The notes under the pieces were generated by a model. The model saw nothing but the letters and a program-made list of their open reading frames with translations. It did not search any database and was not told the DNA's origin. Below are positions 56,500 to 64,000 of a DNA stretch of 64,000 bases, one piece after another. Position 1 is the stretch's first letter. Every line of letters begins with the position of its first letter. The stretch spans positions 7,068,001-7,132,000 of the forward strand of contig OX597833.1 in the NCBI GenBank assembly GCA_951406725.2, in the 5' to 3' direction. The DNA comes from Octopus vulgaris. Lineage: Eukaryota. The position numbers were made by a program, and so were the translations under genes.

Positions 56500-57060
56500 C
56501 TGCAGTTAAAGAAATGTCACCGGCGACTTCAGGATGTAGACCTTTTTTTTAGACATATTCTCCTTTTCCATGCCCCGTTAAAGTATAGGCTTACCCCCAA
56601 TAACAACGTTCCATTTTTATTGTAGGGACTTTCGTTCCCTGGTCTTTTAATTTACAGACAAAGTTTTGGACACAGAGAAAATTTTCACCATTTTTTGACC
56701 TGAATGAGTAGGAATGTTGGAGGAAGTGACCCTTGATAGTGTTCTTGGTTAAACACACATAATTCTTTTCAATACAATTGGCAGGTGTTATGATTGCTTG
56801 CTATACGGCTTTTTTTTATAGAAGCAGGATTCCCTGAGTGGACATACTGTTTCCACAACGAGAGGTTTGCCAGAATGGAAGACTCACGTGTAGAATATTT
56901 TGTGGATGTAACACATGAACTTGAAAGCAATGTCGCCCATACACGAATAGCTGACCTTAACGTTGTGTGAGTTGAAGAGCTTATGGTATTTATGTGTAGG
57001 TGGTAAATCATGTACTATTATTGTTGAGAAAATTCCAGGCTAAGATCGCCGTAGTTCCTA
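56500..57060 (-). pseudogene. Decayed Penelope-like element: linker plus GIY-YIG endonuclease region
   Basis: Minus strand LPPTHKYHKLFNSHNVKVSYSCMGDI matches the PLE motif FPxxHxLHKIFNxxxVKVSYSCM; followed by frameshifted CPL, NYVCLT and ICLK remnants. Confidence 0.75.
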
Positions 57061-57407
57061 TATTATCTGCAGAATTAAACTAGATTAGTTTTTTCTTCCT
57101 GTTTCCACTCTGGTATGTGAGGTGGGCGGAGTTTTATCCCTATAAACTAATTTTTCACTGAAGCCACCCTAAGGATAACAACAACAACAACAATGATAAT
57201 AATAACAACAAGTGGATACATACACACTAGATATCACTGATTGAGGTCTTAGAGGTTCTATTGCACATACATAATTTTACCTATACATACATACATACAT
57301 ACATACATACATACATACATACATACATGCATGCATATATACATGTATATGTAAGTAAATATATGTATATGTAAGTAAATATATGTATACATTTATATAT
57401 ATACATT

Positions 57408-57449
<42 letters not shown>

Positions 57450-58059
57450 AATGTATATATATATATGTATGTGTGTATATATACATATATATACACACAC
57501 ACATATTGACATGCACACATAGTATAAATCTGGTCAGGCAAAATGTAACGCACAACGTCTGTTATATATACGTGCAGGTATATAGGCATGTATCTGTTGT
57601 GCTCGTGTGCCTACATATTCGTGTGTGTGTGAGTGTGTGTGCGTGTATGTGTGTTTGAGTGTGTGCGCGCATGTGTGTATACATACAAATGTATACGCTC
57701 ACATAAACACCCAATCAGACATAGATATTGACAAGTAAAACTCAACACGTGTACCTTAACACGTACACATACACACACCTACATACACACACGTACATAC
57801 ACATATGCACTTACACACACACACACACACACATATGTATGCCACACACATGTATATGTGGTGTTGTTGTTGACGTCACCATAAACACACACACACATAT
57901 GTGTGTGTGTCTCTGTGCGTGTATGTGTGTGTGTATGTGTCTGTGTGCGTGTATGTGTAAGTGTGTGTGCGCATGTGCATACATACAAATGTATACACTC
58001 ACACAAACACACATTCAAACAGATACAGGTATTGGCATGTAAAATTCAATACTTGTACC

Positions 58060-58107
<48 letters not shown>

Positions 58108-58304
58108 TACACACACACACACACACACATACACACACACATGCTCGTACACACACACAGTCGCGCGCACTCGCACAGAGGCACGCATACACATACACAC
58201 ACAGCGTAAAGTATGTACTCAATTATGAATGCAAGATTACACCTTTCCACCTCAGTGCACACCTGCAAAACACATCTTAAAGGGATGCGCTGCACAGAAG
58301 GGGT

Positions 58305-58492
58305 AACAACAACAACAACAACTACCACTACTACTACTACTACTACCACCACCACCACAGCCACTACTACTACTACCACTACTACTACTACCACCACCAC
58401 CACTACTACCACCACCACCACTACTACTACTACTACCATCACCACCACCACTACTATCACCACCACCATTACTACTACTACCACCACCACTA

Positions 58493-58538
<46 letters not shown>

Positions 58539-58614
58539 CACCACCACCACCACTACTACTACCACCACTACTACCACTACTACTACTACTACCACCACCA
58601 CCACTACCTTCACC

Positions 58615-58648
<34 letters not shown>

Positions 58649-58686
58649 TTACTACTACTACTACTACTACCACTACTACCACCACC

Positions 58687-58719
<33 letters not shown>

Positions 58720-58868
58720 TGTACAATAACAATTACTGCTGCTACAGCAACAACAACAACTACTACTACTATTAATAATAATAATAATAATAATAATACA
58801 CACATGACTAACAACATCAACAACTATTCTACGAGTATCTACAACTGTAACAACAACAACAACAGCTT

Positions 58869-58907
<39 letters not shown>

Positions 58908-58908
58908 G
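58305..58908. repeat. Compound (ACT/ACC/AAC)n trinucleotide tract
   Basis: ~600 bp of ACT/ACC/ACA triplets; source of the poly-Thr, poly-Val and poly-Ser ORFs. Confidence 0.95.
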
Positions 58909-59240
58909 CACGACTGTAAGAATAGTTAGAGCAACATTTCCAACGACGGCGGGTAGAAAATGTTATTGGTTACAACAGTACCGGGTACTGTAACTGCAAC
59001 AACAACAACAGCAATAACACAGCTACTACCACTTTAGCTGCTGCAACACTAACAACTACAAGGCAACCAACAACACCCAAAGCAACATCAGGTACAACAA
59101 CAAGATCTGCCACAACAACAACAACAACGACGACGACGACCCATCTAAGGAAACTAAAGTCTTTTTAGCAAAACAAGGAAATCTACAAGACTACTTTTAC
59201 TTGGTCCCTGCCACGGTTTTATGCATATTGGTCCTTAATT

Positions 59241-59281
<41 letters not shown>

Positions 59282-59345
59282 ACAACAGTGGTAGTTGTAG
59301 TATGGTGGTGGTGGTGGTGTTAATGGTGGTGGTGGTGGTAGTAAG

Positions 59346-59579
59346 AGCGGCGAGCTGGCAGCAACGTTAGCGCGCCGAGCGAAATGCGTAGCCGTATTTC
59401 GTCAGTCGTTACGTTCTGAGTTCAAATTCCGCCGAGGTCGACTTTGCCTTTCATCCTTTCGGGCTCGATAAATTAAGTACCAGTTACACATTGGGGTCGA
59501 TATAATCGTCTTAATCCGTTTGTCTGTCCTTGTTTGTCCCCTCTGTGTTTAGCCCCTTGTGGGTAGTAAAGAAATAGGT
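59346..59579 (+). mobile_element. tRNA-derived SINE family B with a Nin/Deu-like central domain
   Basis: Head GGCGAGCTGGCAG..ACGTTAGC, B-box GAGTTCAAATTCC, central GCCTTTCATCCTTTCGGG.TCGATAAATTAAGTACCAG resembling the Nin-SINE domain. Confidence 0.85.
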
Positions 59580-59874
59580 AGTAGTAGAGTGCCGGACGAA
59601 ATGGCGTTGATGACTTTAGTTACGTCCCTTGGTGTTCCGAACTCCGGCAAAAGTTAGTGTTTCCTATTCATCCTTTTCATGTGCACACTTACTCATACAC
59701 ACACACACAATACACACTCACACACACACACAATACATACACTCAACACGCACATTTGCACGCTAACGAACACACATGCATAAGAATTCATACACATTTA
59801 CACACTTTGAAAATGTTTTAATTACTCCCACAAAATGGCCACCCCACACAATTATTGTAAATGAGAAAAACACT

Positions 59875-60095
59875 ACTCTTTTTACTCTTTACTCTTTTAC
59901 TTGTTTCAGTCATTTGACTGCGGCCATGCTGGAGCACCGCCTTCGGTCAAGCAAATTGACCCCAGGACTTATTCTTTTGTAAGCCCAGTACTTATTCTCT
60001 TTTGCCGAACCGCTAAGTGACGGGGACATAAACACACCAGCATCGGTTGTCATGTGATGTGGGGGGGGGGGGGGCAAGCACAGACATACAAACAT

Positions 60096-60170
<75 letters not shown>

Positions 60171-60328
60171 GACGGGCTCCTTTCAATTTCTGCCAACCAA
60201 ATCCACTCACAAGGCTTTGGTCGGCCCGAGGCTATAGTAGAAGACACTTGCCCAAGGTGCCATGCAGTGGGACTGAACCCGGGACCATGTGGCTGGTAAA
60301 CAAGCTACTTACCACACAGCCACTCCTA
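59875..60328 (-). mobile_element. SINE family A
   Basis: Reverse-complement match to family A. Confidence 0.9.
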
Positions 60329-60526
60329 CTACAAAGAGACAAAAAAATACATTCAAAACACAAAAACATACAACGAAATAGACATAAAAAAAAAGAAGAA
60401 AGATGAAAGATGAAGAATTAATATAAGAATATGTTCAAAGTTTTCAAATAACTTGAAAGACAGCAGCAGTAACAACAACACCAATAGCAGTAGTCTAACA
60501 CGATTTCCAATATTGTGGTCTGTTGA

Positions 60527-60920
60527 AGGTGGCGAGCTGGCAGAAACGTTAGCACGCCAGGCGAAATGCTTTGCGGTATTTCATCTGCCGCTACGTTCTG
60601 AGTTCAAATTCCGCCGAGGTCGACTTTGCCTTTCATCCCTTCGGGGTCGATTGAATAAGTACCACTGGAGTCGATGTAATCGACTTAATCCGTTTGTCTG
60701 TCCTTGTTTATCCCCTCTGTGTTTAACCCCTTGTGGGTAGTAAAGAAATATGTATTTCGTCTGCCGCTACGTTCTGAGTTCAAATTCCACCGAGGTCGAC
60801 TTTGCCTTTCATCCCATCGGGGTCGATAAATTAAGTGCCAGTTGCGTACTGGGGTCGATTTAATCGACTGGGCCCCTCCCCCAAAATTTCGGGTCTTGTG
60901 CCTAGAGTAGAAAAGAATAT
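60527..60920 (+). mobile_element. SINE family B, tandem dimer with two different tails
   Basis: The B-box plus central domain occurs twice (~60595 and ~60770). Confidence 0.85.
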
Positions 60921-61816
60921 TGCGGTCTGTTGAATGAGCAGATACGCGAAGACAAACCTTGTTTCAACGCTAAATAAACAGATAAAATCTTTGACATATC
61001 ACAGGTAGAAAAGAAAACTGTATTTTGTAAAAGAGATCAGAGAAGGGAGAACTTTGTAAACCAGATCAGTGTTTGCTGCAGGAATCAATCCGAGAGAGAA
61101 AGGAAAAACGGAGAAATCATATATTTTTCTGCTTACAAAAAGATTAAGTCTCTGGCACTATTTGCAGGACTTTTAAAACTGAAAATGCGTCCGACTGAAA
61201 TTGACAGGTATACCTCTGACAATTTGGAAAGAAACGGGCTCCGTATACCTCTGATTATGCATATATGTCCCGGATTATGGATTAAAGGTTCAACGTAAAT
61301 CAACGGAAACAGGCGAGGGGAAAGAATTCCTTTTAAATGACAGCGAAATCTTTCCTCGGGAAAATAACGAAGAAAATCAAGAGAACGAAGGTGAACTATG
61401 ATTCACCGTTCTTTGAAAATCACCCAAAACAGTCAACAAACAAACATTATGCTTCTCTGGTTCCACGAACTTTCCCAAAAAAGTTACAATAACACACACA
61501 CAAAAAAGGTAATTAAGTTCAGAATATAAACAACATGCAAAAGAGATTACGAGTAAAGTTTAAATTAAGACATTATAACGGATTTAAAAGAGAATACCTT
61601 TAAGGTGTTGGCATTTTCAACATCAAATGTCCCCAAAAATGCGTACTGGTGCATTCGCTTGCACCCGAACACTATTTGAGAAATAGTTAAGTGAATGGAA
61701 CCGCGAAGTGTCCTAACTTATATTAGCCAGAAAAATTTTCATGCTTTATTTCTTTAAAATGTAGCTTGTTAATATTATTGTTTTATTATAATTGTATTTT
61801 TTTCCATGCAACTCTG

Positions 61817-61987
61817 CTCAGCGGTATTTCGTCTGACTTTACGTTCTAAGTTCAAATTCCGCCGATGCCGACGTTTGCCTTTTCATCCTTTCAAAGTCGA
61901 TAAACTAAGTACTAGTTGCGCACCGGGGTCGATATAATCAACTAGCCTCACCCGCAAATTTCAAACTTTTTGCTTATAGTAAAAAGG

Positions 61988-61990
<3 letters not shown>
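61817..61990 (+). mobile_element. SINE family B, diverged
   Basis: Degenerate match to family B, followed by (ATT)n. Confidence 0.75.
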
Positions 61991-62035
<45 letters not shown>

Positions 62036-62226
62036 TAGTTTTATTTTTATAGCGTGCTTTCACTTCACTACCGAGCGCAGCTCTGTGTGCCTTGGGTATG
62101 TGCTGTGATTTGTTGTGATGCTCTGATGGTTATTGTATGGAAAGTGTTCTGCGTAGGATGTGTGCAGTGCCTAGTAGTGCAATTTTCTGTATGTTATATG
62201 TGTTGTAAGTCCTGGTGTTTTTGTTA

Positions 62227-62278
<52 letters not shown>

Positions 62279-63237
62279 GCTTGACAGCCCTTCACGTCCG
62301 TATTTTATTGTTGAAGTAACCATGAGCCGGGAGGAGAGGGTCATTCTTTCCCGGGTTCGTTAAAGGACCTGAGCCCATTTAATTTGGAAAAAAATATAAT
62401 AATTTTTTAAAATTTAATAAAATTTTCTAACAGAGTGTGCAACAAAGAAAAACGAAAAGTAAAAGAAAAATAAAGATAAGGAGAAAGAAGGAGTAGGAGG
62501 AGCCCTTCCTTTGTTTCGTTATTACAAACATAGGGTTTGTCGCTTTAATTCAAATTCTGGGAAGGGCGAAGGGTGAAAACAGCGGCAAAATAAACAGCGC
62601 CACCATCGTCGCAACAGCAACAACAACAGCAGCAACAACAATGCGTCCAGCTGCAAGTGTAACATCTTCACTACGCCGCAATCACCATTAGTAACATCTT
62701 CAGATGCATGCTAATGTAACGGTTTAAACGACTGCCAGACTCATCCCCTAGTAGCGCCCCCATCATCACATCCCACCCCGCCCTTCATCAAAAGCAGGTT
62801 TTTGCTACATCAGTGTGCACGACCGTGACCATCACCATCAACAAGGCAACGTCAGTCGCCAAACTCTCACGCAGGGGCGGGTGGAGCATTCGTTTTCAAA
62901 TAATGATCCTTTCAGCTAAAAGCACAAAAGTTACATATTACGACCTGACTTGTTCGCTCTCTGTTAACAGAAGAAGAAAAAAAAATAAAGAATAAAGAAT
63001 AAAGAATTATCATTTCCATGTGCATGAACAGAGAAAACAAGAGGGAAAAAGTGGCGGGTTACCCTGGGCCCTCAACTCCTGGTGGTGTTGCAAAGAGTAA
63101 TGTCATGACATATGGAGTGTCCCGGGCATTTTAAAACTTGGCGGAGCCCGTTTCTTTCCAAATGTAACCACAATCGACTTCTTCAAGAAACTTCTAGTTT
63201 GGGCCAGATCTTCCGGTAAAGACAGGCAGAAAAAAAT

Positions 63238-63886
63238 GAGAGAGAGAGAGAGAGAAATTGACCACAGCACAGGACTGCGCGAAGAGCTCAGTATTCTGTG
63301 AATACCGATGCGTAGATGTTGAGAGAAGCTGCAAAATCTGCCGAGACAACTGGACATTGAGCAGATGCTGCCGATGATTGCCAGTCACGTTTTCCTCACA
63401 ACTCATTTCTTTGGCAGAGCTTGTAATCCTGGCTTAAACAAAGACCAATATTGAGAACTCGGCATCGGAGCCACCTAATATGTATGGTATTGTATCAATG
63501 TTATACATCGTTGTCTCACTGTGATATAATAGACTGTAAGACGGAGGGAAGAGGGGTACCATACATGTGTAAGTATATATATATATATATATATATACTT
63601 ACAGTCTTACAGTCTATTATATCACAGTGAGACAACGATGTATAACATTGATACAATACCATACATATTAGGTGGTTCCGATGCCGAGTTCTCAATATTG
63701 GTCTTTGTTTAAGCCAGGATTACAAGCTCTGCCAAAGAAATGAGTTGTGAGGAAAACGTGACTGGCAATCATCGGCAGCATCTGCTCAATGTCCAGTTGT
63801 CTCGGCAGATTTTGCAGCTTCTCTCAACATCTACGCATCGGTATTCACAGAATACTGAGCTCTTCGCGCAGGCCCGTGCCGTGGTC

Positions 63887-63917
<31 letters not shown>
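63238..63917. repeat. Long inverted repeat: ~300-bp arms, ~60-bp spacer
   Basis: 63238-63542 versus 63604-63917 are near-identical reverse complements, including the terminal (GA)n/(TC)n. Confidence 0.95.
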
Positions 63918-63969
<52 letters not shown>

Positions 63970-64000
63970 TTCGAGACAAAACCACTATTTTGCAAAACAA

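Noticed and set aside
58213-58908. Mucin-like poly-Thr ORF
   Set aside because: Pure ACT/ACC microsatellite with no signal peptide or flanking domains

Overview
Eukaryotic, AT-rich DNA that is extremely rich in microsatellites. The SINE, LINE and Penelope repertoire and the (TA)n/(CA)n/(TAT)n load strongly suggest an octopus (coleoid cephalopod) genome; this is inference, not a database match. The only host coding sequence I can support is the last exon of a Scratch-family (Snail superfamily) five-zinc-finger transcription factor (+, 18272-19050). Its first exon is not recognisable in the window, so 1-18271 is probably intron. The rest is tRNA-derived SINEs (several families), decayed CR1-group, Tx1 and Penelope retroelements, two rearranged mariner relics, a hAT MITE with a perfect 8-bp TSD, minisatellites and many long inverted repeats. 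Nearly all listed ORFs are microsatellite artefacts. The most interesting signals are: (1) the putative scratch 3'UTR holds a 29/30-bp array whose unit matches the miR-184 seed with 3'-supplementary pairing, followed by a strand-biased UGAC-rich block complementary to that array; (2) recurrent local fold-back duplications; (3) a LINE/SINE pair sharing a 3' stem-loop with compensatory changes; (4) candidate Meis/Pbx-Hox and CCAAT+CRE cis-regulatory modules. Repeat boundaries were read by eye and are approximate unless a TSD is quoted.
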